Assembly: GCA_036377655.1 (NCBI GenBank)
Contig: DASUXZ010000067.1
Location: forward strand, 1 to 34,426
Reading direction: 5' to 3'
Length of the DNA: 34,426 nt
From: Gemmatimonadales bacterium
GTDB lineage: Bacteria > Gemmatimonadota > Gemmatimonadetes > Gemmatimonadales > GWC2-71-9
Both the position numbers and the translations under genes were made by a program. This document shows positions 1 to 8,589 of this stretch, piece after piece. The stretch's first letter is position 1, and the number at the start of each line of letters is the position of its first letter. The notes under the pieces were generated by a model. That model saw nothing but the letters and a program-made list of their open reading frames with translations. It had not been told where the DNA came from and did no database searches.

Positions 1-318
1 CGTGAAACGGTGCGCGGAAAGCATGCTGGCGACCTTTCGCGTCATCGGTGAATACCCGGCCGAGCATTGCGAAGAGGGTACCGGGTTCTCGCTCGGCGCA
101 GTCGCGGACGTGAAGGCGGGGCATTCATGGCGCTTCGCGACGAAGTGCGCTGCCGCTGAATCTCGGAGACCGGAACCTCAAAGATGCAGGCTGCCTCTGC
201 AGTGAATCATGGAAGCACTGCGGCGTCGGAAGGGGAGCGTACCATTTGGCCTCCGACCGGTGCAACCCGAACGAGGATCCGGGTAGAACCTTCGGTCGGG
301 CGAACCGGGGTTCCCGAT

Positions 319-2178
319 CTAGCTGCTCGTCGGCCGGGCGCGGAGCGACTCCATGACGAGCGCCTGAACATCGCTTGGCGAGACGCCCGGGATCCGGCTG
401 GCCTGGCCGAGTGTGGCGGGACGTGCGGCCGCGAGCTTCTGGCGGGCCTCCGTGGAAAGCGAGGCAAGCGCGGGGTAGTCGAGCGCCGGAAGGTGGTAAG
501 CCTCCATCTCTCGAAGCTTCCTCGCGGTGACCCGCTCGCGGCGGAGGTATCCCTCGTACTTGAGCTCGATCTCCGGCCACTCCACATCCCCATCTTCCGC
601 GGGAAGTCCGGCGGCATCGAGGAGCGTGCCCAGGGAAACCCCCGGGCGGCGCGCGAGACAAGCGAGCGTTGCTGGCCCCTCGATCGGCGGACTCCCCGCC
701 GCCTCGAGCACCGCATTGGCAACGGGGGCAGAAAGGGATGTTTCACGTGAAACAGCCAGCAGCGCCTCTTCCCTTCTCAGTTGGTCCTCGGCCCGACCGA
801 GTTCGGCGGGACTCAGGATGCCGGCGGAGCGGGCGATCGGAAGCATCCGGCGCAGGGCATTGTCCTGGCGGATCGAAAGGCGGAATTCGGACCGGGAGGT
901 GAACAGCCGGTACGGCTCGTCCACCCCGCGATGCACCAGATCATCGACAAGCACCCCAATGAACGAGGATTCACGCGGGAATACGACGGGATCCCTTCCG
1001 AGGGCAGACGCGGCTGCATTGAGACCTGCCACGACACCCTGGCCGGCGGCTTCCTCGTATCCTGTCGTCCCGTTCACCTGGCCGGCCATGAACAGCCCCG
1101 CGATCTCCCGGTGCTCCAGCGTCGCCCGCAGCTGGGTCGGCGGGAAATAGTCGTACTCGATGGCGTACCCGGGCCGCGTCATCCGGACCTCTTCGAGGCC
1201 TGGAACGGTTCGCAGAAACTTCAGCTGGATCTCGGCCGGCAACGACGTCGAGAGACCATTGACGTACATCTCCGAGGTGTCGAGTCCCTCCGGCTCGAGG
1301 AACACCTGATGCCGCTCCGCATCGGGGAACTTCACGATCTTGTCTTCGATCGAAGGGCAGTAGCGCGGCCCTCGGCCCGCTATCGCACCCCCGTACAGCG
1401 CCGATTCGGCGAGGTGAGACTCGATGATCTCGCGGAGAGCAGGCCCCGACCACGTCAGCCAGCAGGGCAGCTGCGGCAGCAAGTCGGGCCGTGCAAAGTG
1501 AGAAAACCAGTATGCTACACTGTCGCTGTCTTGTCGCTGTAGCCGTTCTGTCGCTACAGTGCGCCCATCGACACGAGGCGGCGTGCCCGTCTTGAACCGA
1601 TCCGTCCTCAGGCCGAGACTTTCCAGGCTCTGGGCGATTTCGACGGCCGGCGCCTCCCCCGCCCGGCCCGCCGGCACCCGGATATCCGTCCCGAGATGAA
1701 TTCGTCCGCGAAGGAAGGTCCCTGCGGTCAATATGACGGCGTCAGCTTCATAGCGCCGTCCGTCCACCGTCGCGACACCGGCCACCCGCGCGCCTCGCAG
1801 GATGAGGCATGCCGCGGTCCCCTGTACGGGCTCGACGAGTGGCTGGTCCTCCAGGAGCGAGCGGACGGCCCGCCGATAGAGCCCCCTGTCGCACTGGGCA
1901 CGGGGAGACCAGACCGCGGGGCCCTTCGAACGATTGAGCATCCGGAACTGGAGTCGCGCGCGGTCCGTCGCCCGCGCCATCACCCCACCGAGGGCATCGA
2001 CCTCCCGGACGACCGTGCCCTTCGCGATGCCGCCGATCGCGGGGTTGCACGACATCTGACCGATCGTCTCGAGGTTCTGTGTGAGGAGCAGCGTGCGCGC
2101 TCCGGAGCGCGCCGCTGCCGTGGCGGCCTCCACCCCGGCGTGTCCCCCGCCGATCACGATGACGTCATGCCGTGCCAT
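319..2178 (-). CDS. mnmG: tRNA uridine 5-carboxymethylaminomethyl modification enzyme MnmG (GidA)
   Basis: 619-aa ORF. It has the N-terminal FAD-binding motif DVIVIGGGHAGVEAA, SCNPAIGGIAKG, and the C-terminal GQASRIPGVSP motif typical of MnmG. The ATG is at 2176-2178 (cat on the plus strand). Confidence 0.95.
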   Translation of the reverse strand: MARHDVIVIGGGHAGVEAATAAARSGARTLLLTQNLETIGQMSCNPAIGGIAKGTVVREVDALGGVMARATDRARLQFRMLNRSKGPAVWSPRAQCDRGLYRRAVRSLLEDQPLVEPVQGTAACLILRGARVAGVATVDGRRYEADAVILTAGTFLRGRIHLGTDIRVPAGRAGEAPAVEIAQSLESLGLRTDRFKTGTPPRVDGRTVATERLQRQDSDSVAYWFSHFARPDLLPQLPCWLTWSGPALREIIESHLAESALYGGAIAGRGPRYCPSIEDKIVKFPDAERHQVFLEPEGLDTSEMYVNGLSTSLPAEIQLKFLRTVPGLEEVRMTRPGYAIEYDYFPPTQLRATLEHREIAGLFMAGQVNGTTGYEEAAGQGVVAGLNAAASALGRDPVVFPRESSFIGVLVDDLVHRGVDEPYRLFTSRSEFRLSIRQDNALRRMLPIARSAGILSPAELGRAEDQLRREEALLAVSRETSLSAPVANAVLEAAGSPPIEGPATLACLARRPGVSLGTLLDAAGLPAEDGDVEWPEIELKYEGYLRRERVTARKLREMEAYHLPALDYPALASLSTEARQKLAAARPATLGQASRIPGVSPSDVQALVMESLRARPTSS

Positions 2179-2282
2179 CCCGGAAATCTACGCCTCTCGA
2201 AGTGACGCCGCCCGCTGTTGCGGATCGGCAGCGGGGGCGATAACTCTGTCTCCCTCCACCCTCTTGCCGCAGGAGTGCTGCC

Positions 2283-2915
2283 ATGCCCATCCGACTCGGT
2301 GACGAGGCGCCGGACTTCACGGCGGATACGACGCAGGGCCCCATTTCCTTTCACAGCTGGAAGGGGAATTCCTGGGCCGTCCTCTTCTCCCACCCGAAGG
2401 ACTTCACGCCGGTCTGCACGACCGAGCTCGGCGCCGTCGCAGCGCTCAAGCCGGAGTTCGAGCGCCGGAACACGAAGGTGATCGGGCTGAGCGTGGATCC
2501 GGTCGAGTCGCACCGGAAATGGGAGGGGGACATCCGGGACGTGACCGGGCACGCGGTCAACTTCCCGATGATCGGCGACGCGGACCGGAAGGTCTCGTCG
2601 CTCTACGACATGGTGCACCCGAACGCGAGCGACACGATGACGGTGCGGTCGGTCTTCGTGATCGGGCCGGACAACAAGGTGAAGCTGTCGCTCACCTACC
2701 CCGCGAGCACCGGCCGGAACTTCCAGGAGCTGCTCCGCGTGATCGACTCGCTCCAGCTCACCGCTGCGCATTCCGTCGCCACGCCCGCCGACTGGCAGAA
2801 CGGCGACGACGTCATCATCGTCACCTCCGTCTCCGACGACGACGCGCGCTCGAAATTCCCGGCCGGCTTCACGGCGAAGAAGCCGTATCTGCGGGTGACG
2901 AAGCAGCCAGGCTGA
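2283..2915 (+). CDS. 1-Cys peroxiredoxin (Prx6-type)
   Basis: 210-aa ORF. The peroxidatic Cys lies in HPKDFTPVCTTELG, and length and layout fit the 1-Cys Prx family. AGGAG lies about 8 nt upstream of the ATG. Confidence 0.92.
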   Translation: MPIRLGDEAPDFTADTTQGPISFHSWKGNSWAVLFSHPKDFTPVCTTELGAVAALKPEFERRNTKVIGLSVDPVESHRKWEGDIRDVTGHAVNFPMIGDADRKVSSLYDMVHPNASDTMTVRSVFVIGPDNKVKLSLTYPASTGRNFQELLRVIDSLQLTAAHSVATPADWQNGDDVIIVTSVSDDDARSKFPAGFTAKKPYLRVTKQPG

Positions 2916-2940
2916 GTCGAAGTCTTGCCGACACGGTCGT

Positions 2941-3050
2941 GGGGCGGGCGGTGAGCGGTGAAGGGGCCCAGCGCTCACCTCTCACCGCTTACCTCTCAGC
3001 TCTCACCTCTCACCCGCCCCCCTCACCCTTCCCTCACCCACCTCACCACC
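2941..3050. repeat. Heptamer-array palindromic repeat element, copy 1 (CTCACCN tandem heptamers plus inverted GGTGAG arm)
   Basis: Six in-phase heptamers run from 2974 to 3015: ctcacct ctcaccg cttacct ctcagct ctcacct ctcaccc. An outer stem pairs GGGGCGGG (2941-2948) with CCCGCCCC (3013-3020). An inner stem pairs GGTGAGCG (2950-2957) with CGCTCACC (2972-2979). Further CTCACC hexamers occur at 3022, 3033 and 3042, inside the permease 3' end. Confidence 0.7.
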
Positions 3051-4339
3051 TCCCGCAGCGTCGCCTTCTTGCCGTAGCTCAGGATTCCCACGCGATAGAT
3101 CCGTGCGGCCACCCAGATGACGGCGAGGATGCCGAGGACCATCGCCGTCGCCGACGCGAGCAGCTCGGTCCAGGGGAGCGGCGCGAAGGAGTAGCGCACC
3201 GGCGTCACGAACGGCGCGAGGAACGGGACGAGGCTGAGCGTCCGCGCAAGCGTGCCCGCCGGCTCGCTCAGGAGGCCGAACATCGTGATGAGCCCGGCCG
3301 CGATGAGGATCGTGACCGGCGTGTGCGACTGCTGCGTCTCCTGCACCGTGCTGCACATCGAGCCGATCGCCGCGTAGAGCGCCGAGAAGAAGAGGAAGCC
3401 GAGACTGAAGAAGGTGAGGAAGACCGCGAGCATGTCCGGGCTCACGGCCGGCAGCGGCAGGTCCGCCACGGCGGCCGGCGAGGCGCCCATGAGTCCCGCG
3501 ATGCGCCCGCCGAAGGTCGTGAGCACCATCGCCGTTCCCGCCCAGATCGCGAGCTGGAGCAGCGCCACCGCGCCCACGCCGATCACCTTCCCGAGCAGCA
3601 TCTGGAACGGAGAGAGGCTCGAGACGAGCACCTCCATGATGCGCGACGACTTCTCCTCCACCACCGACGACATCACCTGGATACCGTAGAGGAGCAGCGC
3701 GAAATAGAGCATGAACGACATGACGTACGCGAGGAGGAACGACGCCTCGCCGCTCTCCCCGGTGATGCGGCCCTCGCTCACCTTGAGGGTCTCGAAGTCG
3801 ATGGGGCGGAGCGCGTGCATCACCACCACGGGGTCCACGCCCGACGCGGTGAGCCGTGCCGACTTGACGAGCGGATCGAGCGCGCGCCGGAGCGCCCCCA
3901 TGTCCGCCGGGCTTCCGACGTTCACGCCGAGGTACCGGATGCGCCCGCTCACGAGCGTCGTGTCGTCGAGGACGAGGATTCCGTCGATCGACGGCGCGCC
4001 GGCCTCCGTCCGGCCGGTGAGCGTCACGAGTGAATCGCGCACGCGCTCGAGCGAGCCCGGATCCACCGCGAGATGGGTGACGCGATAGCGAGGCCGCGTG
4101 CGCGCCACCGTGTCGCGCATTTCCGTCCGGAGCCGTTCCGCGGTGACGCGGCCGAAGTCGCCCGGCGCCGCGTCGAGCACCACGATCTGCTTCGGGGCCG
4201 TTTCCCGACGGGAGAGGAGGATCGGGAGCACGAACATGAAGCCCATGAGGAGGGGCCCGAGCACCGTGCCGACGACGAACGCCCGGGTATGGACCCGGGT
4301 CGTGAACTCCCGGCGCACCACCGCGAGGACCTTACGCAT
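3023..4339 (-). CDS. ABC-2 family transporter permease (NatB-like)
   Basis: 438-aa ORF with one N-terminal TM helix, a large soluble loop, then a C-terminal bundle of hydrophobic helices, as in ABC-2/NatB permeases. Its start overlaps the upstream ATPase stop by 8 nt. Confidence 0.85.
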   Translation of the reverse strand: MRKVLAVVRREFTTRVHTRAFVVGTVLGPLLMGFMFVLPILLSRRETAPKQIVVLDAAPGDFGRVTAERLRTEMRDTVARTRPRYRVTHLAVDPGSLERVRDSLVTLTGRTEAGAPSIDGILVLDDTTLVSGRIRYLGVNVGSPADMGALRRALDPLVKSARLTASGVDPVVVMHALRPIDFETLKVSEGRITGESGEASFLLAYVMSFMLYFALLLYGIQVMSSVVEEKSSRIMEVLVSSLSPFQMLLGKVIGVGAVALLQLAIWAGTAMVLTTFGGRIAGLMGASPAAVADLPLPAVSPDMLAVFLTFFSLGFLFFSALYAAIGSMCSTVQETQQSHTPVTILIAAGLITMFGLLSEPAGTLARTLSLVPFLAPFVTPVRYSFAPLPWTELLASATAMVLGILAVIWVAARIYRVGILSYGKKATLREVVRWVREG

Positions 4340-5285
4340 GGCCCGCCTCCGACGCGACGGCGGTGGCCGCGGCCGGCCCGACCTTCGCGATGAAGATGGA
4401 TTCGAGTGACGGCTCCACGACCGCGAACTGCGACAGCCCCACGTCCGCGCCGACGAGCTCCCTGAGGAGCCGGTCGCCGTCCGACCCCGGCGCGAGCTCC
4501 ACTTCCGCGCTCGCCCCGTGATCCTCGGCGCGGCTCACGAGGCGCCGGTCCTGCAGTACCCGCCGCGCGGCATCGCGATTCCGGGTGAAGGTGAGCCGGA
4601 CGTGCCGGGCGCCGGCCTCGCGCTTGACGTCGGCCACCGCGCCGTCCACGACCTTCTCTCCCCGGGCGATGATCACGATGTGGTCGCACATCCGTTCCGC
4701 CTGCTCCATGATGTGCGTCGAGAAGAGCACCGTCCGCCCTTCCCGCGCGAGCTCCACGACGACGTCCTTCATCACCTTGCTGTTGACGGGGTCGAGGCCG
4801 CTGAACGGCTCGTCGAGCACGATGAGCTCCGGGTCGTGCAGCAGCGTGCCGATGAACTGCACCTTCTGCTGCATCCCCTTCGACAGGTCCTCCACCCGGT
4901 GCTGCGCCCAGTCCATGAGGCCGAGGCGGTCGAGCCAGCGACGTGCCCGCGATTCCGCGTCCCGGCGGCGGAGGCCCTTGGTCTCGCCGAGAAAGGCGAG
5001 GTGATCGACCACTTCCATCTTCCGGTAGAGACCACGCTCCTCGGGGAGGAAGCCGATGCGGTCGGACAGGTCCCGGGACGCCGGCCGGCCGAAGAGCGTG
5101 ATGGCTCCTTCGTCCGGCGTGAGGATGTTCATCATCATCCGGATGGTCGTGGTCTTCCCGGCGCCGTTCGGCCCGAGCAGGCCGAAGATGCCGCCGGCGG
5201 GCACGGTCATGGAGAGCCCCTTGACCGCGGTATGGCCGGAGAAGCGCTTCACCACGCCATCGAGGCGCACGACTGGGTCGGGCAT
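4332..5285 (-). CDS. ABC transporter ATP-binding protein (NatA-like)
   Basis: 317-aa ORF with Walker A GPNGAGKTT, signature LSKGMQQK and Walker B LIVLDEPFSGLD. Confidence 0.93.
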   Translation of the reverse strand: MPDPVVRLDGVVKRFSGHTAVKGLSMTVPAGGIFGLLGPNGAGKTTTIRMMMNILTPDEGAITLFGRPASRDLSDRIGFLPEERGLYRKMEVVDHLAFLGETKGLRRRDAESRARRWLDRLGLMDWAQHRVEDLSKGMQQKVQFIGTLLHDPELIVLDEPFSGLDPVNSKVMKDVVVELAREGRTVLFSTHIMEQAERMCDHIVIIARGEKVVDGAVADVKREAGARHVRLTFTRNRDAARRVLQDRRLVSRAEDHGASAEVELAPGSDGDRLLRELVGADVGLSQFAVVEPSLESIFIAKVGPAAATAVASEAGHA

Positions 5286-5399
5286 CGCTGCTCCTTCGGA
5301 AGGCCGGAAATGGTCGTCGGGCGCGCCCTCCTACGCGGGGGGAGGGCATCGGGTTTCCGGCGGTCTTTCGCCGCCGGAGCCCGATTCGTATTATGGCGG

Positions 5400-5618
5400 A
5401 TGCCCTACCGGATCCGGATAGACCGGGAGCTCTGCAGCGGGTATGCGGAGTGCGTGGGACTCGCCCCCGAGGTCTTCGAGCTCGACACGCGGGAAAAGTC
5501 CGTCGTCGTGGACCCCGAGGGAACCGACGACGAGACGATCCTCGACGCGGCCCGCGCCTGCCCGGTGGATGCCATCATCCTGGTGGACGAGTACGAAGAG
5601 CAGGTCTGGCCGGGCTGA
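5400..5618 (+). CDS. Small single-cluster ferredoxin (3Fe-4S type)
   Basis: 72 aa from the ATG at 5400, within the longer track ORF 4518..5618. It has CSGYAEC (C-x5-C) plus a distal ACPVDAI Cys-Pro motif. The upstream part of the track ORF is antisense to the ABC ATPase and was discarded. Confidence 0.75.
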   Translation: MPYRIRIDRELCSGYAECVGLAPEVFELDTREKSVVVDPEGTDDETILDAARACPVDAIILVDEYEEQVWPG

Positions 5619-5621
5619 GCC

Positions 5622-6101
5622 ATGCCGAAGGACACCGATGCCGCGCGGGTCAGGGTCTTTCCCCCCGGCGTGCCGCTCATCGTCGTTCTTCTCGGGATGG
5701 TGCTCCAGCGGTTCCGGCCGATTCTCCCCGACCTCTCCCTCCCGGCTGCGGTCCGCTACGGCCTCGGCGGTCTGATCGTCCTCGGATCGATCCTCGGCCT
5801 CGGCTTCCGTGCCGTCCGCACGATGCGCCGGACCGGCCAGGACGAGAACCCCTGGAAGCCTTCTCCGAGCCTCATCGAGACGGGACCCTACCGCATCACC
5901 CGCAATCCGATGTACCTGCAGCTCGTCCTCGTCTGCATCGGCTTTTCGGTGCTCCTCGCCAATCCCTGGATCCTCGTCCTCACACCTCCCGCCGCGCTCG
6001 TCCTGCAGGAGCTCGCGATCAGGCCGGAGGAGGAGTACCTCGAGCGGAAGTTCGGGGAGGACTACCGGGCGTACAAGCGGCGGGTGCGCCGCTGGATCTG
6101 A
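5622..6101 (+). CDS. Isoprenylcysteine carboxyl methyltransferase (ICMT/PEMT) family membrane protein
   Basis: 159-aa ORF starting 3 nt after the ferredoxin stop. It has multiple TM helices and the C-terminal motif RITRNPMY ... EEEYLERKFGEDYRAYKRRVRRWI typical of the ICMT/phospholipid methyltransferase family. Confidence 0.85.
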   Translation: MPKDTDAARVRVFPPGVPLIVVLLGMVLQRFRPILPDLSLPAAVRYGLGGLIVLGSILGLGFRAVRTMRRTGQDENPWKPSPSLIETGPYRITRNPMYLQLVLVCIGFSVLLANPWILVLTPPAALVLQELAIRPEEEYLERKFGEDYRAYKRRVRRWI

Positions 6102-6116
6102 GCGGCGGGGCGCCGC

Positions 6117-6389
6117 TCAGCTCGCGAGCCGGCGCATGCCGCCCGCCTCGTCGTCCGGGATGACGAGCGTCCGGTGGTCCACCTTCACCCCGAACTTGAG
6201 CAGGCGGGCAATCCACTCGTCCCGCGAGAGCTCCGACCCCGGCTCGTGCACGCCCACGTCGTGCAGCACCACGCCGCGGCTGCCGCGCTCATGGTACCGC
6301 CCCACGTAGGTCCGGCCCGAGGCGCCCTCGATCACGACGGTGACGCCGTGGAGCTCCTCGTGGCCGGGGTGGAACACGTGGCCGCTCAT
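6117..6389 (-). CDS. Hypothetical protein (90 aa), distal gene of the suf-brx transcription unit
   Basis: Internal ATG (MSGHVFHPGH...) of track ORF 6117..6578, lying 4 nt downstream of the bacilliredoxin stop. Composition is balanced and protein-like, unlike the R/P-rich upstream extension. No family recognised. Confidence 0.5.
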   Translation of the reverse strand: MSGHVFHPGHEELHGVTVVIEGASGRTYVGRYHERGSRGVVLHDVGVHEPGSELSRDEWIARLLKFGVKVDHRTLVIPDDEAGGMRRLAS

Positions 6390-6393
6390 CGGC

Positions 6394-6822
6394 TCAGACG
6401 CCCACGCCGCAATGCTGGTCGAAGGCGCGCACCAGCTCCGCCGCGACCGCCTGCGGGGAACGTCCCTCGATCTGGTGCCGATGGACGAAGTGCACCACCT
6501 CGCCGTCGCGGAGGAGCGCCATCGAGGGGGAGGACGGCTGGTAGTCGCTGAAGTACTGGCGCGCCCGCGCCGTCGCATCGAGGTCCTGCCCGGCGAAGAC
6601 GGTCACGACCTCCTGCGGCCGCGCCGAGTGCTGCAGCGCGAGCGCGAGGCCGGGGCGCGCGTTCGCGGCGGCGCACCCGCAGACCGAATTGACGAAGACG
6701 AGGGTGGTGCCCTTCTGGTCGCCGAGCGCTTCGTCCACCGACTCGGGCGTGGTGAGCTCGCGCGCGCCCATCCGGGTCATCTCTTCGCGCATCGGGGCGA
6801 CCATCGCTGCGGGATACGGCAT
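6394..6822 (-). CDS. Bacilliredoxin (BrxA/BrxB, YphP/YqiW, DUF1094 family)
   Basis: 142 aa from the ATG at 6822. It has the thioredoxin-like VNSVCGCAA (CGC) active site and FSDYQPSSPS, characteristic of the YphP/YqiW family. AAGGAG lies upstream of the ATG. Confidence 0.8.
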   Translation of the reverse strand: MPYPAAMVAPMREEMTRMGARELTTPESVDEALGDQKGTTLVFVNSVCGCAAANARPGLALALQHSARPQEVVTVFAGQDLDATARARQYFSDYQPSSPSMALLRDGEVVHFVHRHQIEGRSPQAVAAELVRAFDQHCGVGV

Positions 6823-6881
6823 GCTTCGCTGACTCCTTGCGTGGTGTAGGCTGTGGTTCGTGCCGGCCAGGTGCCGGCGCG

Positions 6882-7331
6882 CTATTCGGTGGAAACGACC
6901 TGCTCGGGCGCGCGCTCGTCGAGCGCCGCGCGGAGCGCGTGCCAGCCGAGGCTCGCGCACTTGACGCGCATCGGGAAGGCGCTGACGCCGGCAAACACGG
7001 CCATCTTGCCTCTCGCCGCGTCGGCCCTGCCGGTCACGACGTCGTGAAATTCCGCGAAGAGTGCGCGCGCCTCCTCGACCGACTTCCCCTTCACCGTCTG
7101 CGTCATGATGGACGACGACGCCTTCGAGATGGCGCATCCGTCGCCCTGGAAGCTCACGTCGTCGATGGTGCGGCCGTCCTCCGAGAGCCGGAGCCAGACG
7201 TGGACCCGGTCGCCGCAGAGCGGGTTGAACCCTTCGGCGTCCCGGTTCGCCTCCGGCATCGGCCGGTAGTTCCGCGGGGCACGGTTGTGGTCGAGGATGA
7301 CCGTCTGGTAGAGCTCGCTCATCGTGGCCAT
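6882..7331 (-). CDS. sufU: Fe-S cluster assembly sulfur-transfer/scaffold protein SufU (IscU-like)
   Basis: 149 aa with three conserved Cys in NPLCGD, GDGCAIS and RVKCASL. Its ATG shares 1 nt with the sufS stop (TGATG on the minus strand). Confidence 0.9.
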   Translation of the reverse strand: MATMSELYQTVILDHNRAPRNYRPMPEANRDAEGFNPLCGDRVHVWLRLSEDGRTIDDVSFQGDGCAISKASSSIMTQTVKGKSVEEARALFAEFHDVVTGRADAARGKMAVFAGVSAFPMRVKCASLGWHALRAALDERAPEQVVSTE

Positions 7332-8587
7332 CAGGCGAAGAGCTCCCGGGCCCGCTCGACGCCGTCGGCGAGCGCGTCCACCTCGGCGCGCGTGTTGTAG
7401 GCCGCGAACGACGCGCGCGCCGTCGCGACGACGCCGAGGCGTGCCATGAGCGGCTGGGCGCAGTGATGCCCGGCGCGGATGCAGATCCCCTGCGTGTCGA
7501 GCACGGTGCCGACGTCGTGCGGATGCACGGCGTCCATCACGAAGGAGAGCACCGACGCCTTCCGCGGCGCGGTGCCGACGATCCGCACGCCGCGGATCGC
7601 CGAGAGCCGCTCGGTGGCGTAGGCCAGGAGCTCGTGCTCGTGTGCGGCGATCGCCTCGCGGCCGAGGCGCTCGACGTACTCGGCCGCGGCGCCGAGCCCG
7701 ACGGCGCCCGCGATGTGGGGCGTGCCCGCTTCGAGCCTGGCGGGCAGCGGCGCCCAGGTGCTGCGCTCGAACGTCACCGACGCGATCATGTCGCCGCCGC
7801 CCTGCACCGGCGCCATGGCCTCGAGGTGCTCCTCCCGCCCGTACAGCACGCCGATCCCCGTGGGCCCGTACATCTTGTGCGACGAGCACGCGAAGAAATC
7901 GGCGCCGAGCGCCGCGACGTCGAGCGGGAGGTGCGGCGCCGCCTGCGCACCGTCCACGAGGACCGGAACGCCCTTCGCATGCGCGAGCTCGATGATGCGC
8001 GCCAGCGGATTGACCGTGCCGAGCGCATTCGAGACGTGCGCGACGGCGAGGAGGCGCGTCCGCCTGCCGAGCAGCGCGTCGAGCGCGTCGAGCTCGATCT
8101 CTCCCGCCGCCGTCACCGGGGCGACGCGCAGCACCGCGCCGGCGGCCTCGGCGACGAGCTGCCACGGGACGATGTTCGAGTGGTGCTCGAGCGCCGTGAA
8201 GACGATCTCGTCGCCGGGGCGGAGGCGCGGGCGCACGAATCCCTGCGCCACGAGGTTGATCGACTCCGTCGTGCCGCGGGTGAAGACGACCTCGTGCGCG
8301 TGCGCAGCGCCGAGGAAGCGCGCCATCGTCGCGCGGGCCGCGTCGTACGCCTCGGTGGCGCGGGCGCTCAGCTCGTAGACGCCGCGATGGATGTTGGCGT
8401 AGGAGGTCTCGTAGAACCGCCGCTCGGCGTCGAGCACCTGGCGCGGCTTCTGGCTCGATGCCGCGCTGTCGAGATAGACGAGCGGCCGGCCGTGCATCGT
8501 GGTGCCGAGGATCGGGAAGTCGGCCCGCACGGCGTCCACGTCGAGGGCAGCGGGTGCGGCGGCACGGGCCGGCGCGGCGGTGGCCAT
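7331..8587 (-). CDS. sufS: Cysteine desulfurase SufS (group II)
   Basis: 418 aa from the ATG at 8587. It has the PLP-lysine motif SSHKMYGPTGIG and the active-site Cys in RAGHHCAQP. The 831-aa track ORF is an artefactual upstream extension through sufD. Confidence 0.95.
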   Translation of the reverse strand: MATAAPARAAAPAALDVDAVRADFPILGTTMHGRPLVYLDSAASSQKPRQVLDAERRFYETSYANIHRGVYELSARATEAYDAARATMARFLGAAHAHEVVFTRGTTESINLVAQGFVRPRLRPGDEIVFTALEHHSNIVPWQLVAEAAGAVLRVAPVTAAGEIELDALDALLGRRTRLLAVAHVSNALGTVNPLARIIELAHAKGVPVLVDGAQAAPHLPLDVAALGADFFACSSHKMYGPTGIGVLYGREEHLEAMAPVQGGGDMIASVTFERSTWAPLPARLEAGTPHIAGAVGLGAAAEYVERLGREAIAAHEHELLAYATERLSAIRGVRIVGTAPRKASVLSFVMDAVHPHDVGTVLDTQGICIRAGHHCAQPLMARLGVVATARASFAAYNTRAEVDALADGVERARELFA

Positions 8588-8589
8588 CG

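Noticed and set aside
150-240. Cobalamin riboswitch (B12-box-like CTCGGAGACCGG at about 162-173 and GCACTG...GGAAGG at about 215-233, plus strand)
   Set aside because: The motifs are in the wrong order for the cobalamin fold and the AGGGAA/GGTG..AA..CC core is lacking. The only downstream plus-strand sequence is antisense to mnmG, so there is no gene to regulate.
60-320. RNase P RNA (rnpB) on the minus strand
   Set aside because: Short ordered resemblances to the P15-P18/P4 3' region exist. However, the universally conserved GAGGAAAGTCCGG strand is absent, and the available length before the mnmG stop (about 260 nt) is too short for a type A RNase P RNA.
2941-3050. CRISPR array interpretation of the repeat regions (also 10667..10748)
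   Set aside because: The repeat unit is 7 nt with no spacers, the arrays are only about 30-45 nt long, they are arranged as inverted arms, and there are no cas genes in the window.
2519-5349. 504-aa plus ORF (2519..4033), 441-aa minus ORF (4024..5349) and 366-aa plus ORF (4518..5618) over the ABC transporter genes
   Set aside because: They are antisense or alternate frames of the well-supported permease and ATPase genes. Only the last 72 codons of 4518..5618 (the ferredoxin) look real.
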